Position numbers and translations under genes: made by a program. The notes under the pieces were generated by a model. The model saw nothing but the letters and a program-made list of their open reading frames with translations. It ran no database searches and was not told the DNA's origin. From Candidatus Latescibacterota bacterium (lineage in GTDB: Bacteria; Latescibacterota; UBA2968; UBA8231): a stretch of DNA of 64,000 nucleotides. The DNA lies in assembly GCA_965217585.1 (NCBI GenBank), contig OZ244561.1:384001-448000 (forward strand). The letters are read 5' to 3'. Below are positions 35,751-45,873 of this stretch, one piece after another (position 1 is the stretch's first letter; every line of letters starts with the position of its first letter).

Positions 35751-37715
35751 ATGCCCAAGAATCTGTTGCCCAATGCGAGTTTCGAACTGGATTTCGGCGA
35801 GGGATTGTGCACCAACTGGGGGGATTTGCAAAACGAATTGACCCTGCCGCTCTCCCTCACGGATCAGCAGGAGCGCACGCCGCCCCGCATCGAGGCCCGC
35901 GACGATGCCGTGGACGGCGAACACGCCGCCCGCCTAGCGCTCGACCCAACAGCGGACAGCGGCGCGGTCGGCCACCTCACCTCGCCGGTCGTAGCGGTCA
36001 AGCCGGGACAGGTCTATACCCTGTCGGTGTACGCCCGCAGCGACGACCCTTCAGCCCAGCTCGAACTGGGCCTGTGGACGCGGCCGCTGGACTTTCGGCA
36101 GAAGCCGAGTAGGGTCAGCCAACCCCGGCAATTGTCCGCGGACTGGGCCCAGTATCAATTCACTCTAGTCACCGACGAGTTGGAAGACCGGGCCGTAGCG
36201 GACCTGACCGTGCGCGCCGACCAAGCCGGCGCGGCCCACTTCGACGCCGTCCAACTGGAGGAAGGTCCACGGGCCACCGAGTTCGAGACGCGCTGGCCCG
36301 TGGAAGTGGCCCTGCGTAGCAGGCGGAAAAATATCCTGCATCTCGCTGGCGAACCTTTCGAACTATCCCTCACCGCGTACAATAGCACGGACGAGCCAGT
36401 AGAAAAACACGTGGAGATGACCATTGCCAGCGTGCCCGAGGGCGTGCAGGTATTCGAACACGCCGTGTCCGAGCCGGTTCCGCCGGGCCGGCGGGAAGGC
36501 CCACTGCGCCTAAACTTTTCCTTGGTGGGTGCCTTTCGCGCCCGGGTCTACGACCACGGCGGCCGACTGACCTCGGTCGACGACCACCTGTTCAGCGTCC
36601 ATCCGGTGATCGAACGGGACTTTCAGGGCATTCTCTACTCCCGTCATGGCGAGCTGCAAAAGCCGCTGCCGGCCGAGCGCGTCTGGCTGCCCTGGACCAA
36701 CGAGAAGAGCTGGTACGCCGACCCGCCCGCCGGGCTTACCCTCACCGACGCCGGCACCATCTACGTGGCCGCCAGCGACGGCACCAGCCTATTGCATACC
36801 CGCGACGGCGGCCGCACTTGGGACGTCCTCGAGGTGGAGTGCCCGGTCCTGACCGTCTTGCGCGACGGCGCGCTGGTGGGCCAGACCGTCGAAGACGGCG
36901 ATGTGGTGCTCTATCGCTCGACGGACGAGGGCCGCACTTTTCAGCCGCTCAGCCGCCTAGCCGGGCTCGGGGCCGTGCAGGTGGGTCCCATAACCGAATT
37001 GGCGGACGGCGCGCTGATCTGGCCGATCGGCCGGGAAGCTCCCGAAGGCCACGGTCCCTCTATTGTGTACGCTTATCGCTCTGCCGACGAGGGTGCCACT
37101 TGGTCGGAGGGGGGCCCTATCTGTCCCGGCGGCGAACCGCAGATCGCCGAACTGTCGTCCGGTCGCCTGTTGGCGGCCGTGCGCAACAACCCTTCGCTCC
37201 ATGCCGACGACTGGCGGCGCGCCTTTGCCAACGAGATGCCCTGGCACCTGTGGATGCGCGCCTTTGGCTTTACCAACGTCACTTCCTACACCAAGCGGAT
37301 CATGTTGGCCGACTCCGACGACCGCGGTCTGACCTGGAACAATGTGCGGCCGGGCACCTTTCTCCTCGATGAAATGCACGGCCAAGTCCTGCCCCTGCCC
37401 GACGACCGCGTCGTCCTGCTCTACACCCATCGCGGTCCCTGGCCGCGCGGCGGCGAGCGAGCCAAGGTCAGCCGCGATCAGGGCCAAACCTGGGCTCAAG
37501 AACTCTATTACCTGAATGCGACCCCGGCCTATCCGGGGTATTCGGCCAGTTGCGTGCTGCCGCCCGACCTAGCCGATGGAGAACCTAACATGGTCCTCAG
37601 CGTAGTCGGCGAACGATCCGAGCGGATATGGGGCCATCCCGGTACCCAGCCGACCGCGGAGGGCATTGAAATGGCCCCGCGCATGCAGGCCATTCGCTGG
37701 CGTCCCCTGCGGTGA
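35751..37715 (+). CDS. Sialidase-like (BNR/Asp-box) protein with an N-terminal carbohydrate-binding-like domain
   Basis: NLLPNASFE...YTLSVYAR...FDAVQLEEG (CBM4/9-like). Asp boxes TRDGGRTW, STDEGRTF, SADEGATW, SDDRGLTW, SRDQGQTW. Confidence 0.8.
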   Translation: MPKNLLPNASFELDFGEGLCTNWGDLQNELTLPLSLTDQQERTPPRIEARDDAVDGEHAARLALDPTADSGAVGHLTSPVVAVKPGQVYTLSVYARSDDPSAQLELGLWTRPLDFRQKPSRVSQPRQLSADWAQYQFTLVTDELEDRAVADLTVRADQAGAAHFDAVQLEEGPRATEFETRWPVEVALRSRRKNILHLAGEPFELSLTAYNSTDEPVEKHVEMTIASVPEGVQVFEHAVSEPVPPGRREGPLRLNFSLVGAFRARVYDHGGRLTSVDDHLFSVHPVIERDFQGILYSRHGELQKPLPAERVWLPWTNEKSWYADPPAGLTLTDAGTIYVAASDGTSLLHTRDGGRTWDVLEVECPVLTVLRDGALVGQTVEDGDVVLYRSTDEGRTFQPLSRLAGLGAVQVGPITELADGALIWPIGREAPEGHGPSIVYAYRSADEGATWSEGGPICPGGEPQIAELSSGRLLAAVRNNPSLHADDWRRAFANEMPWHLWMRAFGFTNVTSYTKRIMLADSDDRGLTWNNVRPGTFLLDEMHGQVLPLPDDRVVLLYTHRGPWPRGGERAKVSRDQGQTWAQELYYLNATPAYPGYSASCVLPPDLADGEPNMVLSVVGERSERIWGHPGTQPTAEGIEMAPRMQAIRWRPLR

Positions 37716-38056
37716 CTGCGCCCCGCGGACCCGTGCAGGCGCAGCACGCAATTGCGCTCAGCTGCTTCTTCCTCTCCGGCTTTTCGGGTCTGGTGTACGA
37801 AGTGGCTTGGATCCGCAAGGCTTCCCTAGTCTTCGGGGCCACGACCTTTGCAGTCAGTACGGTTCTAGCGGTCTTTTTCCTCGGACTCGCCTGCGGCAGT
37901 TACCTCTTTGGCCGCATTGGTCAGAGGATTTCGCAGCCCCTGCGTCTGTACGACGTCATCTCACTCGAAGTCGGGCAACTCCACCGCCCCGGCGTGGCAT
38001 TCTTCTATACCGCTAATTTTTATCACCGCGCCCGGCAGTCAGTGTCGCAGCCATAA
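37712..38056 (+). pseudogene. Collapsed fused MFS/spermidine synthase-like gene
   Basis: The N-terminal FFLSGFSGLVYEVAW...LGLACGS...PLRLY runs directly into DVISLE...FYTANFY from the methyltransferase domain, then stops. Only 114 aa. Confidence 0.75.
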
Positions 38057-38073
38057 CTCCGACGCAGTCCCTG

Positions 38074-39909
38074 TTATTCGTAAGAGATTGCCCTTGCTTC
38101 TTCGACGATTAGGACCGTATTCACCGGAAGATCTCGGAAGCACTGCAGGCGACCGCCGGGCCATTCGACCTCGAGCAGGTCAATGGCTTCCCCACTACCC
38201 AAGCCAATGTGGAGTCGGGGATCGCTGGCGGAGAGATAGCTGGACCCGCGGCGCACTTGGCGAATCTGGCTCCGGTCGCCAGCGACCAGTCGCACCCTAG
38301 CCCCCACGGCATCTTTGTTGCCGCGCCTTCCCACTACGCGGATCGTGGACCAGTTCTGCGCATTGCCGTTCTCGTTGCGCACCAGTCTAGCGGCACCGCC
38401 GCAGTTATTGACCAGAAGGTCGAGGTCGCCGTCCTCGTCGTAGTCGCCAAACGCCGCGCCCCGGCTGATTTGTTTACGCGCAAACCAGTCCCCCGCTGCG
38501 GCCGAGACATCGGCGTAGCGACAGGTTCCGTCGTTGCGGAAGAGTTGGTGCTCTTGGGCGTACTCCACGCCGGGCTGGAACAGGGCGATCCGGTCAAGGA
38601 CGTGGCCATTGGCCACGTATAGATCGAGGTCGCCGTCGTTGTCGTAGTCGAGAAAATTTGTGCCAAAGCCGAGCAAGCGCCAGCTTGGCTGCCCCAAGCC
38701 CGCAACGGTGGTCACATCTTTGAAACGACCGGCGTCATTGCGGTAGAGGGTATTGGTTTCGTGGGAAAAATTGGTGACGAAGAGATCGAAGTCGCCGTCG
38801 TTGTCGCAATCGCCAATATCCACGCCCATGCCGGCCTCGCTCTCGCCCATCAGGTTGTAGGCCACGCCGGCCTGCAGGGCCACATCGACAAAGGTCCCGT
38901 CGCCCTGGTTCTGGTAGAGGAAATTGGCCACCCCGTCGTTGGCCACGTACAGATCCTGGTCGCCGTCCTCGTCGTAGTCCCAAGCCAGCACCCCTAGGCC
39001 CTTGCCAGCGGGATTGGCGATACCGGACTGGATGGATACGTCGGCGAAAGCGCCGTTGCCCTCGTTGTGGTAGAGGACGTCGGGCACACCCTGGTACTCG
39101 CTGGGCGCACAGTACGAGCGCGTACCGCGCCCAATGGCGCGCAAACCCTCGGCATTGGTCTGGATAAAACCGCCGCAGACCTTGTTGGTGGCAATGGTAA
39201 AATCGACGTAGTTGGCGATGTACAGATCGAGATGGCCGTCGTTGTCGTAGTCGAAAAAAGCCGCACTGGTACTCCACTGGGGGGCTTGTACCCCGGCTGT
39301 AGTGGTCGCATCGACAAAAGTGCCGTCTCCTCGATTGCGGTACAGGGTATTGCGGCCGTAATTGGTCACATAGAGGTCCTGGTCGCCATCGTTGTCGTAG
39401 TCGGCCACCGCACATCCCATGCCATAGCCCTTGTCGTCAACCCCGGCTGCGGCACCCACCTCGACAAAGGTCCCGTCCCCCTCGTTGCGGTAGAGGGCAT
39501 TGCCGGAGATTTCCACGCCGGCTGCGGGTGCCAGAGACACTGCATAGGCCGCTGGATCCCCAGAGCGGGGCGTGCCGATCGGTTGGGATTTGCGCACCCA
39601 GTAGTAGGCCGAATCCCGCCGGGCGAGATTGACCGGATGGGCGTAAATGCCGCTCAAGTCGAAGCCGTCAATCAAGTAGATGTCTAGATCGCCATCCCCG
39701 TCGAAATCCGCAAAAGCACCCCCTGACCCCATGGTCTCGATGAGGAAATAATGCCCGGCCGCGCCGTTTTCGTGCGCAAAGGAAATGCCCGAGTGATCGG
39801 TTGCGTCGAGGAAGCGAACTTCTGGGGGTGGGGTGCGGCATCCTGCGATGCTGCCAAGCGCTAGCGCAAGTACCAGATGCCTCGAGCAGAAGAGCCGCAT
39901 GCGGGCCAT
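38074..39909 (-). CDS. CRTAC1 family lipoprotein (FG-GAP plus ASPIC/UnbV)
   Basis: Lipobox IAGC, DYDNDGDxDLY repeats, GSSYLSASDPRLHIGLG, VEWPGG. Confidence 0.92.
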   Translation of the reverse strand: MARMRLFCSRHLVLALALGSIAGCRTPPPEVRFLDATDHSGISFAHENGAAGHYFLIETMGSGGAFADFDGDGDLDIYLIDGFDLSGIYAHPVNLARRDSAYYWVRKSQPIGTPRSGDPAAYAVSLAPAAGVEISGNALYRNEGDGTFVEVGAAAGVDDKGYGMGCAVADYDNDGDQDLYVTNYGRNTLYRNRGDGTFVDATTTAGVQAPQWSTSAAFFDYDNDGHLDLYIANYVDFTIATNKVCGGFIQTNAEGLRAIGRGTRSYCAPSEYQGVPDVLYHNEGNGAFADVSIQSGIANPAGKGLGVLAWDYDEDGDQDLYVANDGVANFLYQNQGDGTFVDVALQAGVAYNLMGESEAGMGVDIGDCDNDGDFDLFVTNFSHETNTLYRNDAGRFKDVTTVAGLGQPSWRLLGFGTNFLDYDNDGDLDLYVANGHVLDRIALFQPGVEYAQEHQLFRNDGTCRYADVSAAAGDWFARKQISRGAAFGDYDEDGDLDLLVNNCGGAARLVRNENGNAQNWSTIRVVGRRGNKDAVGARVRLVAGDRSQIRQVRRGSSYLSASDPRLHIGLGSGEAIDLLEVEWPGGRLQCFRDLPVNTVLIVEEARAISYE

Positions 39910-39921
39910 TGCTAGGCCCTT

Positions 39922-41604
39922 TTAAACGGAGGGTGTTTCTGCGGGAAGTTCGATTTGGGGAAGCATCTCTGCGAAGATCTGCACCTGATCGGCGTATTCT
40001 TCCCTGAACTGGTCCACCAATTGATTGAAGCGTTGTTCTGTCTCGACAAGGCGCATAATGGCCCTTATGCGCTCGTGCTCGTATTCGAGGGAGCGCATAA
40101 GGCCACCCGTCCGGTCGTTGACGCGAAAAATGGAATAGCCGCCCTTCACGGCTACTGGACCGACCAGCTCGCCCAACTCTGCCTCCATCGCGGAGCGCAT
40201 CAACTGCTCGCCGTACAGGCTCTTCTCGTACGAGTGGAGGTGCACCTTGCCCTTGCTTGCGGACGCGCCGTAGCGCGCGCTCAGATGGGCTAAATCAGCT
40301 ATAGTTTCCCCTTGGTCCAGACGCTGGCGCAGCTCCTTGGCCCGGTCGAAATCGTCCACCAAGATTTCCTCGATGTATATCTCCACTGGGGTGCGGAAGT
40401 GTTCGCGGTGGTCTTCGTAGTACTGAGCGATTGCCTCGTCCTCGATGACTACCCGATCACTGATCTCGACCTGACGCAGGGCCATAATGAGCAATTGCTC
40501 GGCCTTGCGCTGTTTCCACAAGCGCATCTCCTCGGAATCCAAGTAGCCGGCCGACTTGGCCGCTTCCCAGACCATGGCCTTGGGGATGGGCAGCTTCCAG
40601 GCCGCGCGAATCACTTGGACACTGTCGCCTAGGGCGGGTTGTTCCTCGGCTTGGCGGAATGAATCGATGTAATCGCCCACGGTTATTTGGCCGCCACTGT
40701 ACACAAAGAGCTGCGTGCTGGCTTCTGCTGGAGAGAGGTGGGGATAAGTTCCGGCCTCGGCATCCTTGGCGACTAGCACGGCGAGTCCGGCGGATACAGG
40801 ACGCAGGTCGCGGGTGGTTGCCTGCTCCTCGAGCAGAGCGCGGTGTTGGGCGACAAATTCTTCCTTCCACATACTCTTGTAGAGTTCCTCGCGGTACTTG
40901 GCAAATTCTGCTTCTCGCTCATCCGCACAATAAATCAACTCGAAGCCGCCATCCACGGGCACAACCTCGGAAACAGCACCCGGACTCAATGCGACAAAGA
41001 CTTGCGGTGCAATGCCGGCCTGTACTGCGCTCACGCGATTGAGATACCCCAAGTGCCCTCCTCTGGGCGGGACTCTCCCGTCGCGGGAGTAGGCCTTGGC
41101 CAAGGAGTCAAGCGCAACGCCCTGCGCTATTTGCCGGCGAATTTCCCGGGCTTCCTCTAAACTATCTACCACCAGTCGGCTCAGGGACTTTTCGCGCTGG
41201 TACTGTCCTTGGTCAAAGCGCTGCCGCATTTTCTCGTCGGTGATCTCGATACGGGCGTACACGGTCCTAGCTTGATAGGTATTGATCACTTTTTCGCGAA
41301 ACCTTGCGGCGAGCTGCTCATCAAACATCTGGGTCTTGTCCAGCCCGCGGGCCCGTGCGGCGAGGACTAGCAGTTTCTGGTCTATGAGCGACTGCAAGTA
41401 ATCGCGGCGGGCGGCATCACCACTTTCCTTGGAGCGCAAACCAGGCCCCAGCGAAGCGATCAGCCTTTCCACATCCTTCTTGTAAATGGGCTCGTCGCCT
41501 ACCTGGGCGACGACGAGATTGACGGGAGCTTGCTCTTGTGCAGCACACCCGAGCAGCACCCAGCCCCAGCCCAAGTACAAACTTGAGATCATCTTGCTCC
41601 ACAT
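39922..41604 (-). CDS. PpiC-type peptidyl-prolyl isomerase / SurA-PrsA-like foldase lipoprotein with two parvulin domains
   Basis: Lipobox LLGC, VVAQVGD, LAKAYS...GGHLGY, GELVGPV...GYSIF. Confidence 0.8.
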   Translation of the reverse strand: MWSKMISSLYLGWGWVLLGCAAQEQAPVNLVVAQVGDEPIYKKDVERLIASLGPGLRSKESGDAARRDYLQSLIDQKLLVLAARARGLDKTQMFDEQLAARFREKVINTYQARTVYARIEITDEKMRQRFDQGQYQREKSLSRLVVDSLEEAREIRRQIAQGVALDSLAKAYSRDGRVPPRGGHLGYLNRVSAVQAGIAPQVFVALSPGAVSEVVPVDGGFELIYCADEREAEFAKYREELYKSMWKEEFVAQHRALLEEQATTRDLRPVSAGLAVLVAKDAEAGTYPHLSPAEASTQLFVYSGGQITVGDYIDSFRQAEEQPALGDSVQVIRAAWKLPIPKAMVWEAAKSAGYLDSEEMRLWKQRKAEQLLIMALRQVEISDRVVIEDEAIAQYYEDHREHFRTPVEIYIEEILVDDFDRAKELRQRLDQGETIADLAHLSARYGASASKGKVHLHSYEKSLYGEQLMRSAMEAELGELVGPVAVKGGYSIFRVNDRTGGLMRSLEYEHERIRAIMRLVETEQRFNQLVDQFREEYADQVQIFAEMLPQIELPAETPSV

Positions 41605-41719
41605 AAACCCTCTAAGATGCAGTAAAAATTGTCATGGCTCTAAACCGCAGATTCTGTATTATACCGGCTGTTTGCGCGAGAAAATACCCTTTCCTCTTAT
41701 AAAGAGCAACCAGACTGGC

Positions 41720-43609
41720 TCACTGCACTACCGGGATAAGTCCGCTGCGCTCTTCCCGTCCCCCATCCGCGTCCACCTGCACCCGATACAGGTAGAGCCC
41801 CGGCAACACGGATCGGCCATCGTCCCCCAGACCGTCCCACACCCGTCCATACTGCCCGCTGCTGTCCTCGCCCTGGTACACCCGGCGCACCCGGCGACCC
41901 GCCAGATTGAATATATCCACCTTCACCTCTCCGGCACCTGCCAGTTTCAGCATAGTGTACTCAATGCGCACTTGGTCGTTGGTCCCATCTCCATTGGGCG
42001 TGAAAATCCGCGGATGCACCGCCACCTCGCTCACGAGCTTATCCCCCAGCTCAATGCCCACGAACCGCTGGTTGCTGTCCAGTCGGAAGGTCGCATCTCC
42101 GTCCTCGACGAACTGACCCACCTCCAGCGGCCGTTCGCGGTCGAATACCTGCCCCGAAAACACCGTGCCGAAATGGTATACCCGCCCCCGAAAAAATACC
42201 TCCACCAGTCTGCCGCTCTTGAGCCGGTCCATCCGTGGCACACCCAGCACCATTCGCTGGTCTGCCAGAGGTTCCAGCAATGCCCACTCGTCATCGGCCA
42301 ACCGCTCCTCATTGATTCGGACCGAGTCCACCCCGGTAAACTGTCCGGTCGTCTCCAGCACGATCCGGTCAAATCCGCTTTCGCCCCCAAAAAAAGTCGG
42401 CAGCATGGCATAGACGAAGGGGGTCTCCTGACCCGGCATCACTTCGGCGGGCCAAATCTCGCCGACCACCTGCCCGACCACCGGCGGCGAGGTAATGTAA
42501 AACTCGATAAAGTCCACCCCGGCACCATCCAGACCGCTGGGCACAAAGTCCAACTGCAACTGGAAGAACTGCCGCGGACTCGGGGAGGTGATGGGGGTGC
42601 CCAGACTGTCGCCTAAGTCGTAGGGTCCCGACCAGCTACTCCAGTGGTCTAGGTCCGTGGTGATGCCGCCTTTGCCACCCTGGAGGTTGTTGTAGTCGGT
42701 CAGCGTCAGGGGCTGCCCGTCGTCGTTGCGGAAGCTCCTTTCCTCGCCGCGGCCGGTGAAGCGCCAGTAGCGATTGGGATCTTCGTCGCTGCCTGTGCGG
42801 GTGCGGATCCGCAACTTGGCATCCCGGTCCTTAAAGCCGGAAAAGCGGAGCTCGCCTAGGGCGGACGCGGATTCCAGTTCAAAGACCCTGGACCGGTACA
42901 GCGCCGTCAGCACATAACCGTGGCCGTATACTTCGAACTCGGCTATTTCCCAGGGCTGGATTAGCGAGGCAAATGCGGGATGCGGGTTGTCGGAAAAACT
43001 CAACCGGAAGCGCTGGATATACTGGGTCGATAAGGATATATCGACGATCTGCTCCCGATTTTCTCTGATTGACCTGACCAGTTTCCAGTTGTCTCCTTGG
43101 TACACCCGCAGGTCAAAGCGTTCTATGAAGAGGGAAGACTGAGGGGTGGGGTAGAAGCGGACCCGATTTACGGGAAAGTACACACCCAGGTCCATGACGA
43201 ACAGGGTGAACATGTGATGATGGGCCAGATCCTCGCTGCTCAGGGCGGTCGTCGGATCGCCATCGACCGTCAAGTCGACAAAATCCGCCTTGGCCTCTCC
43301 TTGGTGTCTTACGCCGAAGGGGCCACCGCCTCTGTTCGCGGCGGCGAGCGCCAAGTTTTCATCCGGCGTGATGAATTTAGGCCGCAGTTTGCCTGTCTTT
43401 ACTTCTAGGCCCTCCATTTGGCCGCCTGGACCCCGGGCAAACTCCTCCCAGCTCAAAGGGACGACCACCACCTCGTCGCTTTCTGCTTCCTCGGAGTGGG
43501 ATAGGGCGTCGCCGCCAATCCGATAAATGGTGAGACTCCAGGCAAAGCTCCAACTCAGGACATTCGCTGCTAGTACAGCCGGGAAGATCGACCGCCTGAA
43601 AAGCCTCAT
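41720..43609 (-). CDS. Secreted discoidin-like/FlgD-Ig domain protein, paralog 6
   Basis: LTIYRIGG, DGDPTT, DLGVYFPVNRVRFYP, WEIAEFEVYG, TPNGDGTND. Confidence 0.85.
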   Translation of the reverse strand: MRLFRRSIFPAVLAANVLSWSFAWSLTIYRIGGDALSHSEEAESDEVVVVPLSWEEFARGPGGQMEGLEVKTGKLRPKFITPDENLALAAANRGGGPFGVRHQGEAKADFVDLTVDGDPTTALSSEDLAHHHMFTLFVMDLGVYFPVNRVRFYPTPQSSLFIERFDLRVYQGDNWKLVRSIRENREQIVDISLSTQYIQRFRLSFSDNPHPAFASLIQPWEIAEFEVYGHGYVLTALYRSRVFELESASALGELRFSGFKDRDAKLRIRTRTGSDEDPNRYWRFTGRGEERSFRNDDGQPLTLTDYNNLQGGKGGITTDLDHWSSWSGPYDLGDSLGTPITSPSPRQFFQLQLDFVPSGLDGAGVDFIEFYITSPPVVGQVVGEIWPAEVMPGQETPFVYAMLPTFFGGESGFDRIVLETTGQFTGVDSVRINEERLADDEWALLEPLADQRMVLGVPRMDRLKSGRLVEVFFRGRVYHFGTVFSGQVFDRERPLEVGQFVEDGDATFRLDSNQRFVGIELGDKLVSEVAVHPRIFTPNGDGTNDQVRIEYTMLKLAGAGEVKVDIFNLAGRRVRRVYQGEDSSGQYGRVWDGLGDDGRSVLPGLYLYRVQVDADGGREERSGLIPVVQ

Positions 43610-43846
43610 CTGGGACAGTACTCCCGTTCAACTCAGCCCTAGGTACAGGTTTGAGCGCGTCTATCCTCTAAGCCGTAGGAAAAAGTTTGTCAGGAGGCGA
43701 AAATCGTTGTAAAATGCAGAGTTATGTTACAATCGGGTGGGGCGGCTTGGTCGGGAATGTAATCATCTCCTGTGCAAAGGGCAAAAAACCAGCCGGTCTG
43801 TGGTTCCATACCAAGGTTTTGCAACAAATGGGGAAAGCAGACAACA

Positions 43847-45739
43847 ATGATGCGCGCTCTTTTGCTCCTGTTGCTGCTTCCAGGTCTTGCTGGGAGCTTG
43901 ACCATATATCGGATCGGTGGTGAAGATCTGCCGCTGCCTGACGCCGCCGAACTCGAAGATGTAGCGCTTGTCCGCCTGAGCTGGGCAGACTTTGCCCAGG
44001 GCTTCGGAGGAGGAATGGACAACCTAGACACCACCGACGGCCGGATCGCGCCTTTGCTAGTCTCGCCGCAGGACAACCTGTCCCTCAAAGCCCTTGAACG
44101 AGGGGGCGGTGCCTTTTTCACTAAAACGGACTATGTGGAGATTAGACAAGATTTCATCGACTGGTCAATTGACGGCGATCCTGCAACCGGCGTCGTGGCT
44201 GCCGCCTTGAGCAGTCTCCGCCTCGACGCGCAGTACATCGTGCGCTTGGGGGGACGCTTTCCGGTGAACCGGGTGCGCTTCTATCCTGTGATACCGGAAG
44301 GGATTATGAAAACCTTTCAGCTCTTGGCCTACTCGCCCGATCCGACCCATCCTTCGGGATATGCATGGGAAACCGTTGCCCTTGTGGAACCGAGGCAGGA
44401 AAACATCTGGCCGATGGTCGAGATTGAGTTCCCGACCCGGGTCGTCGAATGGTTCCGCATGAGGATAGACAACTGGCGGTCTGGACAGGGATATGTCCCC
44501 AGCCACCCGTGGGAGATCGCCGAATTCGAAGTCTACGGAGAGGGCTACGTCCCGGAGGCGAACTACACGTCACAGGTATTCGACCTGCAAGCGCCGGGCA
44601 GTTTGGCGCGGATCCGCTGGTCCGGATTTCGCCAAGGCAGAGCTCGGGTTACCCTCCGCACTCGCAGTGGCAGCGACGAAGATCCCAACCGCTACTGGCG
44701 CTTCACCGGCCGCGGCGAGGAAAAGAGCTTCCGCAACGACGACGGGCAGCCCCTGACGCTGGCCGGCTACAACAACCTCCAGGGCGGCAAGGGCGGCATC
44801 ACCACGGACCTGGACCACTGGAGCAACTGGTTCGGGTTCGCGCTCGAGAAGGGTGCGGGCACCGTCCTTTCTCTGCCTCCACTCGGCCAGTTCCTGCAGC
44901 TAGATGTGAACTTCGTGCCCTCGGGTCTGGATGGGGCCGCAGTGGACTTTATAGAGTTCTGGGTGTCGCAGCCGCAGGCGGCCGGCCGCCCTGTGGCGGA
45001 GATCTGGCCGCTACAGGTGAAGCCTGGCGAGGTGGCCTCGTTTGTCTATGCGATGCGGTCAACCCTAGGCCCGCTGGAAAGCGGCTTCGACCGCCTAGTC
45101 TTGCGCACACCAGGTGAGTTTGTCGAAATCGACTCGGTGCACATCGGAGATCTGAGAGCCCGGACAGAGGTCGTGGTGGAAACCCATCGCGCCGTGATCG
45201 ATCTACCCCGCCTGCAGGGTCAGGTGGACAGCAACAGGCCCGTGGAGGTATTCTTCAAGGCCCGAGTATTCCGCATGGGCACCGAATTCACCGGCGAGTT
45301 ATTCGATTCAGACCGTCCTCTAGAGCTGGAGTTGGGACTAGGACAGCCCGTTGAGGAGGGAGATGCCACCTTTCGGCTGGATGGCAACCAGGTTTCAGTC
45401 GATATCGCCCTTCGAGGTGATGTGCTCCATTCGGTTGGGGTGCGTCCCACAGCCCTTACTCCCAATGGAGACGGGGTCAACGATGTGGCGCACATCGAGT
45501 ATACCTTGCTAAAACTGGCAGGGGCCGGAGACGTGAAGGTAGATATATTCGATCTGGCGGGTCGCCGGGTGCGCGCGCTGTTCCGGGGTCGGGATAGCAG
45601 TGGACAGTATGCGCAACCGTGGGACGGTCTGCGGGACGACGGCCAGATGGTGGTACCGGGGATGTATTTCTATCGGGTGCGGGTGGACACCGACGCAGAC
45701 GCCGAGCAACGCAGCGGCCTAATCTCTGTTGCGTGGTGA
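43847..45739 (+). CDS. Secreted discoidin-like/FlgD-Ig domain protein, paralog 7
   Basis: Signal peptide from ATG 43847, LTIYRIGG, DGDPAT, WEIAEFEVYG, TPNGDGVND. Divergent from paralog 6. Confidence 0.85.
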   Translation: MMRALLLLLLLPGLAGSLTIYRIGGEDLPLPDAAELEDVALVRLSWADFAQGFGGGMDNLDTTDGRIAPLLVSPQDNLSLKALERGGGAFFTKTDYVEIRQDFIDWSIDGDPATGVVAAALSSLRLDAQYIVRLGGRFPVNRVRFYPVIPEGIMKTFQLLAYSPDPTHPSGYAWETVALVEPRQENIWPMVEIEFPTRVVEWFRMRIDNWRSGQGYVPSHPWEIAEFEVYGEGYVPEANYTSQVFDLQAPGSLARIRWSGFRQGRARVTLRTRSGSDEDPNRYWRFTGRGEEKSFRNDDGQPLTLAGYNNLQGGKGGITTDLDHWSNWFGFALEKGAGTVLSLPPLGQFLQLDVNFVPSGLDGAAVDFIEFWVSQPQAAGRPVAEIWPLQVKPGEVASFVYAMRSTLGPLESGFDRLVLRTPGEFVEIDSVHIGDLRARTEVVVETHRAVIDLPRLQGQVDSNRPVEVFFKARVFRMGTEFTGELFDSDRPLELELGLGQPVEEGDATFRLDGNQVSVDIALRGDVLHSVGVRPTALTPNGDGVNDVAHIEYTLLKLAGAGDVKVDIFDLAGRRVRALFRGRDSSGQYAQPWDGLRDDGQMVVPGMYFYRVRVDTDADAEQRSGLISVAW

Positions 45740-45873
45740 TGCGACAGGTACTGTGACGGACTCCCCGCAGTTCCAAGTTTCTTCGCAGGCAAGTAAAAGA
45801 GGGTCCAGCGTGAATTCTCGAACATTCGTCTACTTTGTCGCCTCCAGCCGACATTCTCCACGAAAGGTTTCTC

